From the NCBI GenBank assembly GCA_040768105.1, contig JAXGNE010000013.1, positions 7,490 to 71,489 on the forward strand: DNA of 64,000 bases, given 5' to 3'. Source of the stretch: Anaerolineaceae bacterium (lineage in GTDB: Bacteria; Chloroflexota; Anaerolineae; Anaerolineales; Anaerolineaceae). A program made the translations under genes and the position numbers. Of this stretch, positions 26,966 through 37,067 are shown in pieces; positions within the stretch are counted from its first letter, which is position 1; each line of letters begins with the position of its first letter. Below the pieces are notes generated by a model that saw only the letters and a list, made by a program, of their open reading frames with translations, had not been told where the DNA came from and ran no database searches.

Positions 26966-27077
26966 GTAAAAATTATAGCATTACCGCATTATATTATTTA
27001 TATGCAATTTATAATATGCTCTGTTGACGAACTTGAATTTGATTTTTTCCTCTGGGGTATACTAAATTCAGACAAGT

Positions 27078-28187
27078 ATGAAAAACAAGCCTTTCATTAT
27101 CGGGATTACTGGAAATATTGCTTCAGGCAAAAGTGTGGTGCGCCAATACTGTGAGAACCTAGGAGCAGTCACCTTTGATGCAGACCTTTTAGCACACCGC
27201 ACCTACTTGAAAGGTAAACCAACCTACCAGTCTATTGTAGATACCTTTGGAACAGGCATTCTTGATACTGAGGCGCAAATTGATCGGAAAAAGCTGGGCA
27301 GAATTGTCTTCCAAGATCCCATTGCCTTGGAAAAACTGGAGGCGATTGTTCATCCCGCGGTGATCGAGATGATCAACACCTTGCTAAAGGCAACAAAATC
27401 ACACCTATTCGTGGTCGAAGCCGTAAAATTAATCGAAGCTGGCTTGGCAGCAAGCTGTGACCAGGTTTGGGTAGTTGCTGCTGATGATCAATTGCGACTG
27501 CAGCGTTTGATAGAAGAGCGTCACATGAGCATCCAGGAGGCAAAACAGCGCATTGAAAGCCAGACCCCACAAGCAGAAAAAATTGCTCAAGCTGACCAAG
27601 TAATTTACACAGATAGAAGTTTCAAGGATACATACGATCAGGTTTATTCTGCCCTGTATGGTTTAAAAAGCTCCGCTAATATTGGTAATGAAATCAATAA
27701 ACTGGAAAACAATACTGTAATCCGACCTCTGCAAATTTGCGATGAAGCTGATTGGCTTCAATTTCAACAAAAGCTAACAACTGGACGCAATAACATTCAG
27801 GACATTCATAAGTTTTTAGGAAAAAAGTCTGTAATGGGCTTATGGCAAGCGGGTTCACTAAGCAGGATCGTGTCTTGGAAAATAGAGAACCTATTAGCGT
27901 TAATGATAGATTATGAAAATTCTTCCCAATTAAAAGAACCCATATTAGATTTAGCCTTACAAGACTGGCTTGAATACACGACTTGGCAGCATCTTTGCAC
28001 ATTATTGCTAGCTGAACAAAAAATCCTTCTAAAAGCCAATTTTAATGAAACCGGTTATCAAAAGTTGGCTTCGATACAAGACTCACAAAACTTCCCGCCC
28101 ATAAAGAATTTCTTAGCAAAGTATGATAATTCACAAGAGCAGGTCTTCTACAAAAAGAACCAGGATTATGAATTTGGTTTTTTTTAA
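27078..28187 (+). CDS. coaE: Dephospho-CoA kinase with a C-terminal extension of about 170 aa
   Basis: IGITGNIASGKS P-loop and CoaE-like first 200 aa or so. The remainder has no motif I recognise. Confidence 0.8.
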   Translation: MKNKPFIIGITGNIASGKSVVRQYCENLGAVTFDADLLAHRTYLKGKPTYQSIVDTFGTGILDTEAQIDRKKLGRIVFQDPIALEKLEAIVHPAVIEMINTLLKATKSHLFVVEAVKLIEAGLAASCDQVWVVAADDQLRLQRLIEERHMSIQEAKQRIESQTPQAEKIAQADQVIYTDRSFKDTYDQVYSALYGLKSSANIGNEINKLENNTVIRPLQICDEADWLQFQQKLTTGRNNIQDIHKFLGKKSVMGLWQAGSLSRIVSWKIENLLALMIDYENSSQLKEPILDLALQDWLEYTTWQHLCTLLLAEQKILLKANFNETGYQKLASIQDSQNFPPIKNFLAKYDNSQEQVFYKKNQDYEFGFF

Positions 28188-28193
28188 GCTAAA

Positions 28194-29144
28194 ATGAAGA
28201 TCAATCAGGTTATACTTGATTTACTAGGAAAAGATTACCACGCAAAGATGGAAGACCTCATCAATAACCTACTCTTCATATTACAGCGCTTTAACTGGTC
28301 CAGCGTTTTAGACATAGTGCTGGTTACCATTGTTTTTGCTTCTTTGCTCTTCCTTTTAAGAGATACTGAAGCTTTGGTATTAATGCGTGGGGTTTTCCTT
28401 TTGGTCATCCTGATAACCTTGCTGACTAGCTTGGTTAACCTGCCTGCCTTTACCTGGTTAGTGAATACCATTACACCTGCCCTTATTTTTGCAATCCCGG
28501 TGATCTTTGCGCCAGAAATTAGGCGCGCTCTTGAGCGTGTTGGGCGAATTAGCGATATCGATTTCCTAAGCCGCAGAAACTCTCGCTCTACCAGGGAAGA
28601 AACCGAAAATATGCTTAAAGCCCTAACCCGGGCAGCTGGCAGGCTCTCAGAACGCAGGCACGGGGCGCTGATCGTCATTCAACGCCGGCAATACCTAACA
28701 GATTACCTTAAAACAGGGGTCCCTCTTAATGCTGAGGTAACCCCCGAACTGCTCCTACAAATTTTTTATCCAAACACACCACTGCATGACGGGGCAGCCA
28801 TCATTATCGACAACCGGGTTAAATCCGCTTCTTGTGTTATGCCGTTGTCTGCCAGTGGGGTATTGAACTCACTGCCTGAACGTACAATGGGTTTAAGGCA
28901 CCGGGCGGCTTTAGGTATTTCAGAGGTAAGTGATGCCATAGCTGTGGTTGTTTCTGAAGAAACTGGCAGCATTTCAATCGCTCACGATGGCCGTCTCATA
29001 CGCCGCTTAGATACAGACCGGCTCTACAATTCACTACATGCTTTCCTCCTTAACGATGCAGTTCCTGGTAAAAATAATCTGTCAACCACGCTTAAATCTT
29101 TAGTAAAGCGAAAATCGAAGCCAAAACAGGAGGATAAATCGTGA
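28194..29144 (+). CDS. cdaA: Diadenylate cyclase CdaA (3 TM + DAC domain)
   Basis: RHGALIVI...TPLHDGAAII...GLRHRAALGISEVSDAIAVVVSEETGSIS (DGA and RHR motifs). Confidence 0.9.
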   Translation: MKINQVILDLLGKDYHAKMEDLINNLLFILQRFNWSSVLDIVLVTIVFASLLFLLRDTEALVLMRGVFLLVILITLLTSLVNLPAFTWLVNTITPALIFAIPVIFAPEIRRALERVGRISDIDFLSRRNSRSTREETENMLKALTRAAGRLSERRHGALIVIQRRQYLTDYLKTGVPLNAEVTPELLLQIFYPNTPLHDGAAIIIDNRVKSASCVMPLSASGVLNSLPERTMGLRHRAALGISEVSDAIAVVVSEETGSISIAHDGRLIRRLDTDRLYNSLHAFLLNDAVPGKNNLSTTLKSLVKRKSKPKQEDKS

Positions 29145-30364
29145 AAGCTTTACAGTGGCTTTTCAAGATCATTCCTACAATCCTGATTGCCTTGGTGTTG
29201 GCAATCATTGTTTGGTTTTCATCTGTGACAGCGTCCGATCCAAACGAAGAAGGGCTTATACCTACGCCAATCCCAATAAGCGTGATTGGCTTAAATCCAG
29301 ATTTGATCTTATCAGGTGACATACCTGATGTTGCCTCAGTTATGGTTAAAGCCCCACAATCAGTCCTGACGCGATTAATTAACGAGCCAAATTTAATTAA
29401 AATTACCGCTAACTTATCAGGCTTAGCCACAGGAGAGCATAACATATCACCACAGGTTGATATCGCTATAGGCCCAACTGAAGTATTGCGAGTGACCCCA
29501 GCAACTTTTACCATCTCCCTTGAATCCATTCAAACAAAAGAACTGCCAATAAATTTCAGTATGATAGGTAATTTACCAATAAGCTATGAAGCTGGTGAGC
29601 CTCAATTGAGCATGGGCAATGTTCAAGTTTCTGGTCCAACATCTTTAGTTTCAGAAGTTACACAGGTAATTGCCACCATTGACCTTACTAACATAACTGC
29701 AAATGTGAACAAACTCGTTGATTTAAGGGCGCTGAATGCTAATGGTGCTATTGTTACCGGCGTCACGCTTAGCCCATCTTCGGTACGGGTGGAAATTCCT
29801 ATCACCCAACTTGGTGGCTACCGTAATGTCTTTATCAAAATTATCACCACTGGCCAGATTGCCCAAGGTTTTTATCTCACGGGTATTTATGCAAACCCAC
29901 CAACAATAACCATTTACACTTCAGATCCAGACTTAGCCAATAACATGCCCACATTCATTGAAACTATGCCTATTAATCTGAATGGTGCAGACGAGGATTT
30001 TGAAACAAACGTTGCCTTAAGCCTGCCAGAACAAATTCAGGTCGTTGGAGATCAAAACATCACAGTCCAGGTCGGCATTGCAGCAATTGAAAGCAGTATC
30101 AATTTCTCAAATGTGCCAGTCCAATATTTAAATCTAGGCAATCGTCTAAAAGTTACCCTTACCCCTGATGTGGTAGATGTGTATCTATCCGGTCCACTCT
30201 TTTTGTTGGATAATTTAAACTTTTCTGATATCATCGTAACCCTGGATTTGCAGAACCGAGGGACAGGCATTTACCAACTAGTACCTCGTATTGAATTCGG
30301 CAATGAGTTAATTAAGGTGGATGCAATATTGCCAGGCACGATTGAGGTCAATATTTCACAATAA
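29141..30364 (+). CDS. cdaR: CdaR-like YbbR-domain protein
   Basis: GTG start overlaps the cdaA stop by 4 nt. N-terminal TM span followed by repeated YbbR-like beta modules. Confidence 0.75.
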   Translation: MKALQWLFKIIPTILIALVLAIIVWFSSVTASDPNEEGLIPTPIPISVIGLNPDLILSGDIPDVASVMVKAPQSVLTRLINEPNLIKITANLSGLATGEHNISPQVDIAIGPTEVLRVTPATFTISLESIQTKELPINFSMIGNLPISYEAGEPQLSMGNVQVSGPTSLVSEVTQVIATIDLTNITANVNKLVDLRALNANGAIVTGVTLSPSSVRVEIPITQLGGYRNVFIKIITTGQIAQGFYLTGIYANPPTITIYTSDPDLANNMPTFIETMPINLNGADEDFETNVALSLPEQIQVVGDQNITVQVGIAAIESSINFSNVPVQYLNLGNRLKVTLTPDVVDVYLSGPLFLLDNLNFSDIIVTLDLQNRGTGIYQLVPRIEFGNELIKVDAILPGTIEVNISQ

Positions 30365-30421
30365 TAAGCTGCTTACTGCCTAGTCACTTCGAATCCTAAA
30401 ATTAATTATTGAGAGAAAAGT

Positions 30422-31804
30422 ATGAGAAAACCCGTTGTTGCATTAGTGGGGCGGCCAAACGTTGGCAAAAGCACCCTCTTTAACCGCTTAGTCGGCGAGA
30501 GATTGGCAATCACTGACGAAACTCCTGGCACGACTCGTGATCGCCTGTTGGCAGAAGCCGATTGGAGCGGACACGATTTTTACATAATCGATACTGGTGG
30601 TATAGACCCTACAAAACTTCGCAAACAAGAGCCTCTTTCCATCGGTTCAGTGGACTTCATCGATGAAATTCGCGCCCAAGCCGAAATTGCTGTTGAAGAT
30701 GCGGATGTTGTTATTTTTGTTGTAGATACTGTAACTGGGGTGACGACAGCAGATCGTGAAGTTGCTGAAATTTTACGTCAAAAGCAAAAAACCATTAATG
30801 AGATTGGACACCCACCAATTATCATCGCAGCAAACAAAGCCGATAGCGAAAAATTGCGGTTAAATGCCTTTGACTTTTATGAGCTTGGTTTGGGCGAGCC
30901 ATTCGCCATTTCTGCCATCCACGGAACGGGCACAGGCGATTTACTTGATGAAGTGGTTAAGTATTTTCCCTCCAATGAAGAGGAGGAGGAAGAAGACCAA
31001 TCTATAAAAATTGCTATTGTCGGAAAACCAAATGCAGGTAAATCTAGTTTGCTAAACCGCATAGTAGGTCAAGAACGCGCTATTGTCAGTGCTATCCCAG
31101 GCACAACCCGTGATGCGATTGACACCCACTTAATTTGGGAAAACATCCCAATAACATTAATAGACACTGCTGGAATTCGAAAACGAGGTGCCATACAACC
31201 CGGTGTCGAAAAATACTCTGTTTTGCGGGCTTTTCAAGCTATTGAGCGGTCTGATGTAGCTTTATTAGTTGTCGATGCTATTAGCGGAATTACTGCCCAA
31301 GATACGCATATTGCTGGTTTTATTAACGACGCCTGGAAGAGCGCTATTGTGGTTGTCAATAAATGGGATTTAGTCGAGAAAGACTCAAACACCATGGTTG
31401 AGTACGAAAGAGGCATCCGCCAAGATTTGAACTTTATGGATTTTGTTCCCATCGTCTTCATTTCAGCAATGACAGGACAGCGCGTTCAGCAAGTGCTGCC
31501 ACTAGCTATGCGCGTCCAAGAAGAAAGATTAGTCCGCCTGACCACCTCGCAGCTCAACCGTATCCTGCAGCAAGCTCAAGACCGTCATCAATCGCCCACA
31601 ACGAGCGGACGGCCATTCCGAATTTATTACGGTACCCAAGTGCGCAGTGAACCGCCAACTTTCCTGATTTACTGCAACGATCCCGAATTAGCCCACTTCA
31701 CATACATGCGCTTCCTGGAAAATCAAATTCGGCGTGAATATCCCTTTATTGGCACGCCAATCCGCTTGGTCTTGAAAAAACGCGAACGCACAGAAAGATC
31801 TTAA
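30422..31804 (+). CDS. der: Ribosome biogenesis GTPase Der (EngA)
   Basis: Two G domains (GRPNVGKST and GKPNAGKSS) plus a KH-like C-terminus. Confidence 0.95.
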   Translation: MRKPVVALVGRPNVGKSTLFNRLVGERLAITDETPGTTRDRLLAEADWSGHDFYIIDTGGIDPTKLRKQEPLSIGSVDFIDEIRAQAEIAVEDADVVIFVVDTVTGVTTADREVAEILRQKQKTINEIGHPPIIIAANKADSEKLRLNAFDFYELGLGEPFAISAIHGTGTGDLLDEVVKYFPSNEEEEEEDQSIKIAIVGKPNAGKSSLLNRIVGQERAIVSAIPGTTRDAIDTHLIWENIPITLIDTAGIRKRGAIQPGVEKYSVLRAFQAIERSDVALLVVDAISGITAQDTHIAGFINDAWKSAIVVVNKWDLVEKDSNTMVEYERGIRQDLNFMDFVPIVFISAMTGQRVQQVLPLAMRVQEERLVRLTTSQLNRILQQAQDRHQSPTTSGRPFRIYYGTQVRSEPPTFLIYCNDPELAHFTYMRFLENQIRREYPFIGTPIRLVLKKRERTERS

Positions 31805-31854
31805 CAAATCGAGTAAAAAAAAAGAGATCTTACAAAACGCTTATACTCTAGAAC

Positions 31855-32511
31855 TTGCGTGCAAATGCTAATGAATTTATAATCACTTCAAGTAAAAAAG
31901 AATCGAGTTACATTTTGGAAAACATAACCTCTGAAATCATACCGGAAGAGCCTGGAAAGAAGCCTGGCGATAAGCGTTCTGGCATCTTGGGCTTTCTTAT
32001 CGATACATTTGAAACATTACTACTGGCTTTACTGCTTTTCCTGGTCATCAATGGTGTATCCTCGCGTGTACGGGTTGAAAATATCAGTATGAAACCAACC
32101 CTACAGCCTGGAAACTTGCTTTTGGTGAATAAACTTGCTTACAAATGGGGCGAACCCAAGCACGGAGATGTCATTGTGTTTCATTACCAAGGCAGCAAAA
32201 ACGATGATTACATAAAACGCCTGATTGGGCTGCCTGGTGATGTGGTTACAGTAAAAAACCGTATTGTGTATGTAAACGATGTCGGCTTAACCGAACCTTA
32301 TATCGCTGATTTACCTGCCTATGAAGGCAGCTGGACCGTTCCAGAAAATAGTGTATTTGTGTTGGGTGATAACCGTAATAATTCTTCGGATTCTCACCAA
32401 TGGGGCTTTGTAGATATGAAGGATATTGTTGGAAAAGCCTTGTTTATCTATTGGCCCTTAGACCAAATTCGCTCTTTAACAATGCCAGATCTTGTTAAAG
32501 CAGCTCAATAA
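31855..32511 (+). CDS. lepB: Signal peptidase I
   Basis: SMKPTL (Ser box), YIKRLIGLPGD and GDNRNNSSDS boxes. The TTG start is uncertain. Confidence 0.85.
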   Translation: MRANANEFIITSSKKESSYILENITSEIIPEEPGKKPGDKRSGILGFLIDTFETLLLALLLFLVINGVSSRVRVENISMKPTLQPGNLLLVNKLAYKWGEPKHGDVIVFHYQGSKNDDYIKRLIGLPGDVVTVKNRIVYVNDVGLTEPYIADLPAYEGSWTVPENSVFVLGDNRNNSSDSHQWGFVDMKDIVGKALFIYWPLDQIRSLTMPDLVKAAQ

Positions 32512-32522
32512 AGGAGAGCGTA

Positions 32523-33263
32523 ATGGAATTAAAGTCAATTATCGATTTAGCTAAAACTTACCAGGATGAATTACCCTTGTTAATCCCTCCCAAGGTGCCA
32601 CAAGGTAAAGATATTGCAGGTTGGATCGACCATACTATCTTGAAACCAGAAGCAACCGAAGCCCAAATTACCAAGGTATGTGAAGAAGCTGTGGAACTCA
32701 AATTTGCCTCAGTTTGTATTCACCCAGTGCACGTTCCCTTGGCTGTCGAGGTTATGCAAGGATCGAATATCCCCGTTTGTACTGTAGTGGGTTTCCCTTA
32801 CGGCGCAACCAGCACAGCCAGCAAGGCCGCTGAATCAAAGCTGTATCTTAAAGATGGCGCTACCGAGCTTGATATGGTGCTGCAAATTGGCTTAATGAAA
32901 TCTGGTAAATACCAGGCTGTCTATGAAGACGTTCTAGCAGTTGTGGAAGCCACTCATCCAAAAGGCGGCTTGGTCAAAGTCATCCTTGAAATGTGTTACC
33001 TAGACGAATTTGAGAAGATCTTAGCCTGCCTGCTCTGTAAAATTGCAGGGGCTGATTTTGTAAAAACTTCAACCGGTTTCGCCTCTGGTGGCGCAACTGT
33101 TGAAGATATACGCTTGATGCGCTCTGTAGTTGGGCCCCCCGAAGAAATGGGCGTCAAAGCAGCTGGTGGTATTCGCAGTCTTTCTGATGCCAAGGCAATG
33201 ATTGAGGCTGGTGCCAACCGCATTGGTTCGAGCGCAGGTGTGCAAATCGTTGCAGATGCCTAA
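32523..33263 (+). CDS. deoC: Deoxyribose-phosphate aldolase
   Basis: IDHTILKPEAT, FVKTSTGF (Schiff-base Lys) and KAAGGIR motifs. Confidence 0.9.
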   Translation: MELKSIIDLAKTYQDELPLLIPPKVPQGKDIAGWIDHTILKPEATEAQITKVCEEAVELKFASVCIHPVHVPLAVEVMQGSNIPVCTVVGFPYGATSTASKAAESKLYLKDGATELDMVLQIGLMKSGKYQAVYEDVLAVVEATHPKGGLVKVILEMCYLDEFEKILACLLCKIAGADFVKTSTGFASGGATVEDIRLMRSVVGPPEEMGVKAAGGIRSLSDAKAMIEAGANRIGSSAGVQIVADA

Positions 33264-33555
33264 AGGTAGAATGACCGAAGAATCACTCGTGAACTTCACA
33301 CAATCTTGTAATCGCTGCCAAGCCGGGCAAAAGCATTTACGCATGGTAACGCTAATTACCTGGATCGGTGAGGATATGATTACCGTACCTGATTTTCCGG
33401 CATGGGTGTGTGATATTTGCGGCCATCGCTCTTATGATAATCGTGCCCTAGCACAATTGAGTTTGGTTCTAAACCCAGATGCCGGTCAACCGATCAATCG
33501 ACCTTACCCCCAGGCTGGCAAGACCAATCCTCCTAGTCCTCCTGCGCCTATATAA
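33256..33555 (+). CDS. YgiT-type (MqsA N-terminal-like) zinc-finger protein
   Basis: CNRC...34 aa...CDICGHRSYD four-Cys pattern. The ATG at 33256 overlaps the deoC stop. Confidence 0.5.
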   Translation: MPKGRMTEESLVNFTQSCNRCQAGQKHLRMVTLITWIGEDMITVPDFPAWVCDICGHRSYDNRALAQLSLVLNPDAGQPINRPYPQAGKTNPPSPPAPI

Positions 33556-33564
33556 ACGCTAAAA

Positions 33565-33597
33565 AGCGGATCAGCTTACTGATCCGCTTTTTGTTTT
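33565..33597. terminator. Bidirectional intrinsic terminator between convergent genes
   Basis: agcggatcag-ctta-ctgatccgct perfect 10-bp stem flanked by AAAA and TTTTGTTTTG. Confidence 0.85.
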
Positions 33598-33615
33598 GTT
33601 AATGATCACGTGTGG

Positions 33616-35766
33616 TTATTCCAAAGGCATGGGTAGCCAATCGGGCGATTTGTCTATGCCTTTACGGTCTGTTAAATTAACTTGGGGTTGTCCTGCGGTA
33701 GTCATAATATACACCTCGTAATCCCCATAATCCCGGGTGGAGGTCAGTGCCAACCAGCGTGCATCAGGAGACCAACTAGGTGCAAAATCATAAAAACTAC
33801 TGCTGACATTAAATGACTGGATGCCTAAAGCGCCATACTCACTGATATTGGTATACGTGATCAGGATTAATTGGCTTTCATTCCCATCTAATTTGGTGTA
33901 TATCATCTGAAACCCTTCAGGCGCAAATTCGGGGTCTGCCACTTCACCTAATTTTCCAAAAACCTCACGCGTATCAAAATTCCGAGGTATCTCAAAATCT
34001 TCAAATTTTCCTCGTATATATAGATATTTATGTGAACTGGCATTGATTGCATAAACCAAGTACTTCCCGTCAGGGCTGATAGTGGCTTGTGACTCAATAT
34101 AATCTTGGCTGATGCGCTTACGGTTGCTGCCGTCAGGTGAAATGGAGATCAGCTGGTAAATTTTGCGATCACCTGAATCTCGCTCGTGATGGGTGAACAC
34201 AATCCTGCTGCCATCTGGGAACCAGACTGGGTCAAACTCATCACCCTGCCTGTTAGTGATATTCTTTTGATTTGTTCCATCGGCATTCATTACCCAAATA
34301 TCCTGCCCGTTTCCTTCCTGGCCTGGTCCAGCATAAGCAATCATGCTGCCGTCTGGAGACCAAGCTGGGAAATCTTTGTTACCTGGGTCGTATGTTAACT
34401 GCTTCAGGACACGCCCTTCGTATTCGCCTGAGGCATTACGCAGTACTTGCATCGTCCATATTTGTTCATAACCATCCGTGCCACGATCAGAAACATAGAC
34501 TATCATTCCCGAACCACCTACCAATTCGAGGGTTTCAGTTGCTGTAGGGGCAAGCGTTACCGTTGGAGGTAGCTCTGTGAGCGTCGGTGTCGGAAGTCCC
34601 TGAACTACCACAACGGGTGTATCACTAGGTAAAACAACCATCGTATCAGTTGGAATGACTGCAGTTTCAACCACAACAACCGGTGCAGTTGTGTTGGTGC
34701 TGGTAGGACGGCCTAATAAGCTGTCAATGAAGGCATTAGGAGAGTCATTTAAAACAAATAAAGATAAACCACCCACCACAAGCCCTAAACAAAGCAAAAT
34801 TGCTGCACCAATACCCATGCCGATCATCAAACCCTTCTTTGATTTCACTGGTGGGCTTTGACGCATTATTGTGGGGTCTGAAGCGCCGGGGTAAGGTGGT
34901 GTACTCGGCATCTTATTAGGCATATCTGAAGCCATAAGCTGCCGTTCAGTATCACTCAATCTAAAAGCCGGGTCATTAAAGGCACTGCGAAAAAGAGTCA
35001 TTGAAGGAAAGCGATCCTCAGGACGCAAAGCCATCGCTTTCATGATTGCATCAGCAACGTTCATTGGCACCGACGGATTTAATTTTTGCACAGGTGTAAG
35101 TAAAGCTTTACCCATCAAGCGTTGGATACTATCAACGGGTTTAACCCCAGTCAGGAGGGAGTACATAGTGGCCGCTAGGGCAAATTGATCTGTGTAAGGA
35201 CCGGTATGGCCTTGTCCAAATTGTTCAGGGGGTGCAAAACCAGGCGTGTACCCGGCTGCGCCTACGGCGGTTTGCTGCGCATTCCCGCTGGCTTTGGCAA
35301 TTCCAAAGTCCACCAAAAAAAGCTCACCTGCCGGGGTTATCTTGATGTTAGCAGGTTTGATATCGCGATGGATGACTGGTGGGTTTTGCCTGTGCAGGTA
35401 GGCCAATGCGTCGCTCAGTTTTAATGACCAACCTAGCACATCATCAACGGCCATCATCTCACCGGGTTTCGCGCGCTTACCTAGGTCATCTCCAGGGATG
35501 AAGTCCATCACCAAAAATTGTTCGTTACCCATCACGAAGTAATCGGTCACCCTAGGAAGATTAGGATGTTTCAAGGAAGCCAACAACCTTGCTTCCTGCA
35601 AGAATTGAGCCACACTCTCGGGTGCAGGATTAAAGTTGGTCTTTACAGCAACTTGTGTTTCAAGTGTTTGATCATAGGCTTCAAACACAGCGCCCATGCC
35701 TCCTTGACCCAGTTTGCGGATGATCTTGTAACGGTTATTGAGGATTGAATCGGGTGTTAGCTCCAT
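33616..35766 (-). CDS. Ser/Thr protein kinase with TM segment and C-terminal TolB-like (PD40) beta-propeller
   Basis: GQGGMGAVF, VAVK, HRDIKPANI, DFGIAK. PD40-like repeats (PAWSPDGS, PVWFPDGS, ATISPDGK, PSWSPDAR). Confidence 0.9.
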   Translation of the reverse strand: MELTPDSILNNRYKIIRKLGQGGMGAVFEAYDQTLETQVAVKTNFNPAPESVAQFLQEARLLASLKHPNLPRVTDYFVMGNEQFLVMDFIPGDDLGKRAKPGEMMAVDDVLGWSLKLSDALAYLHRQNPPVIHRDIKPANIKITPAGELFLVDFGIAKASGNAQQTAVGAAGYTPGFAPPEQFGQGHTGPYTDQFALAATMYSLLTGVKPVDSIQRLMGKALLTPVQKLNPSVPMNVADAIMKAMALRPEDRFPSMTLFRSAFNDPAFRLSDTERQLMASDMPNKMPSTPPYPGASDPTIMRQSPPVKSKKGLMIGMGIGAAILLCLGLVVGGLSLFVLNDSPNAFIDSLLGRPTSTNTTAPVVVVETAVIPTDTMVVLPSDTPVVVVQGLPTPTLTELPPTVTLAPTATETLELVGGSGMIVYVSDRGTDGYEQIWTMQVLRNASGEYEGRVLKQLTYDPGNKDFPAWSPDGSMIAYAGPGQEGNGQDIWVMNADGTNQKNITNRQGDEFDPVWFPDGSRIVFTHHERDSGDRKIYQLISISPDGSNRKRISQDYIESQATISPDGKYLVYAINASSHKYLYIRGKFEDFEIPRNFDTREVFGKLGEVADPEFAPEGFQMIYTKLDGNESQLILITYTNISEYGALGIQSFNVSSSFYDFAPSWSPDARWLALTSTRDYGDYEVYIMTTAGQPQVNLTDRKGIDKSPDWLPMPLE

Positions 35767-35883
35767 AGTTAGCCATCCTAGTGTTTGAACCTTAAAAGTG
35801 AATTAACAAATTATACTGGAGATTTTTTAATTACCCAAGAGAAAATGCGATTGTTAATAGTTCATAAACATTTGTAAAATCAA

Positions 35884-35912
35884 TTGACTCTCACCTGTCA
35901 ACATGCTATTAT
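35884..35912 (+). promoter_or_regulatory. Candidate sigma70 promoter
   Basis: TTGACT, a 17-nt spacer, then TATTAT. AAAGGAG lies upstream of the ATG at 35973. Confidence 0.55.
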
Positions 35913-35972
35913 TAACCATAGTAATTATCAATTTTTATTCATTCTGCACCTTAAAAAGGAGTTATATAATAA

Positions 35973-37049
35973 ATGAACGTCATTATCATTTCACGGATCA
36001 TTGGATTTATTTTTTTTGGAATTATTGGCGCTGTGATCGGCACACCTATTAACAATTTTATTAGCAGTATTTGGCCAGCAAACCCGCTTTCCATAGTCAG
36101 CACGAGCATCACTTTAGGCTTAATTCTGGGTGCTTTTGGTTTTCTAGTTGCCCCATGGATTTCTATCAAACCCATTCAAGCACTAAGAAAGATATTTAAC
36201 AAGGCATCTGCTCATGTGCTCATCAGCGGTCTGCTTGGTCTACTTGTTGGCCTGATCACCGCCGCCATACTTGCCTACCCGCTTTCTTTATTACCTCAAC
36301 CTTTTGGCAGCATTTTGCCTTTTGTTGGGGTCTTGTTATTTGGCTATTTGGGCATCGTCCTCTTTGTCACACGCCAAAATGATTTCCTGACCGTCCTTCG
36401 TGGATCATCAAGTAAAGGACTGGGCAAAGGCAGCCGAGCGCAAAGTGAATCCGAATCGCGTATATTGGTTGACACAAGCGCTATTATTGATGGGCGCATC
36501 GCAGACATCGCCAAGACTGGCTTCATTCCAGGAGCGCTGCTTATTCCTCGTTTTGTGCTAAATGAGCTTCAGTATGTATCAGACTCAGCAGACAGCCTTC
36601 GCCGCCAGCGCGGTCGACGGGGCATTGAAGTCTTAGCTGAGTTGCAGAAAGGCGACAGCGTCCCGGTTACTATCAGCGATATTGACGTTGAAGGCGTGCG
36701 GGAGGTCGATGACCGCTTGGTTATCCTGGCACGCCAAATGCGCTGTCCGATCCTTACCAATGACTATAATTTAAACCGCATTGCCGACCTGCAGGGTGTG
36801 CAGGTATTAAACATCAACGAACTAGCAAACGCGGTCAAAACCATCCTAATGCCGGGTGAAAGTCTGCAAATGAAAGTCATCCAGGAAGGCAAAGAATACG
36901 GCCAAGGCGTAGGGTATATGGAAGATGGCACTATGGTGGTAATTGAGAATGGTCAACATTATCTCAATCAAACCATTAAAGTGAGTGTAACCAAAGTACT
37001 GCAAACCTCAGCTGGGCGGATGATATTCGCCAAGCCAGACAACGATTAG
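35973..37049 (+). CDS. yacL: PIN/TRAM domain membrane protein (YacL-like)
   Basis: 4 TM spans, a PIN region (LVDTSAIIDGRI...NDYNLN) and a TRAM region (GQGVGYMEDGTMVVIENG). Confidence 0.8.
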   Translation: MNVIIISRIIGFIFFGIIGAVIGTPINNFISSIWPANPLSIVSTSITLGLILGAFGFLVAPWISIKPIQALRKIFNKASAHVLISGLLGLLVGLITAAILAYPLSLLPQPFGSILPFVGVLLFGYLGIVLFVTRQNDFLTVLRGSSSKGLGKGSRAQSESESRILVDTSAIIDGRIADIAKTGFIPGALLIPRFVLNELQYVSDSADSLRRQRGRRGIEVLAELQKGDSVPVTISDIDVEGVREVDDRLVILARQMRCPILTNDYNLNRIADLQGVQVLNINELANAVKTILMPGESLQMKVIQEGKEYGQGVGYMEDGTMVVIENGQHYLNQTIKVSVTKVLQTSAGRMIFAKPDND

Positions 37050-37067
37050 CAATAAGCAAGGTTTTTT

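Noticed and set aside
30380-30400. ttcgaatcc, resembling a tRNA T-loop
   Set aside because: No complementary T-stem or acceptor stem. The intergenic space is only 57 nt, too short for a tRNA.
33202-33255. Longer version of the zinc-finger ORF, starting at 33202 inside deoC
   Set aside because: It would overlap deoC by 62 nt in another frame. The ATG at 33256, overlapping the deoC stop, is the simpler start.
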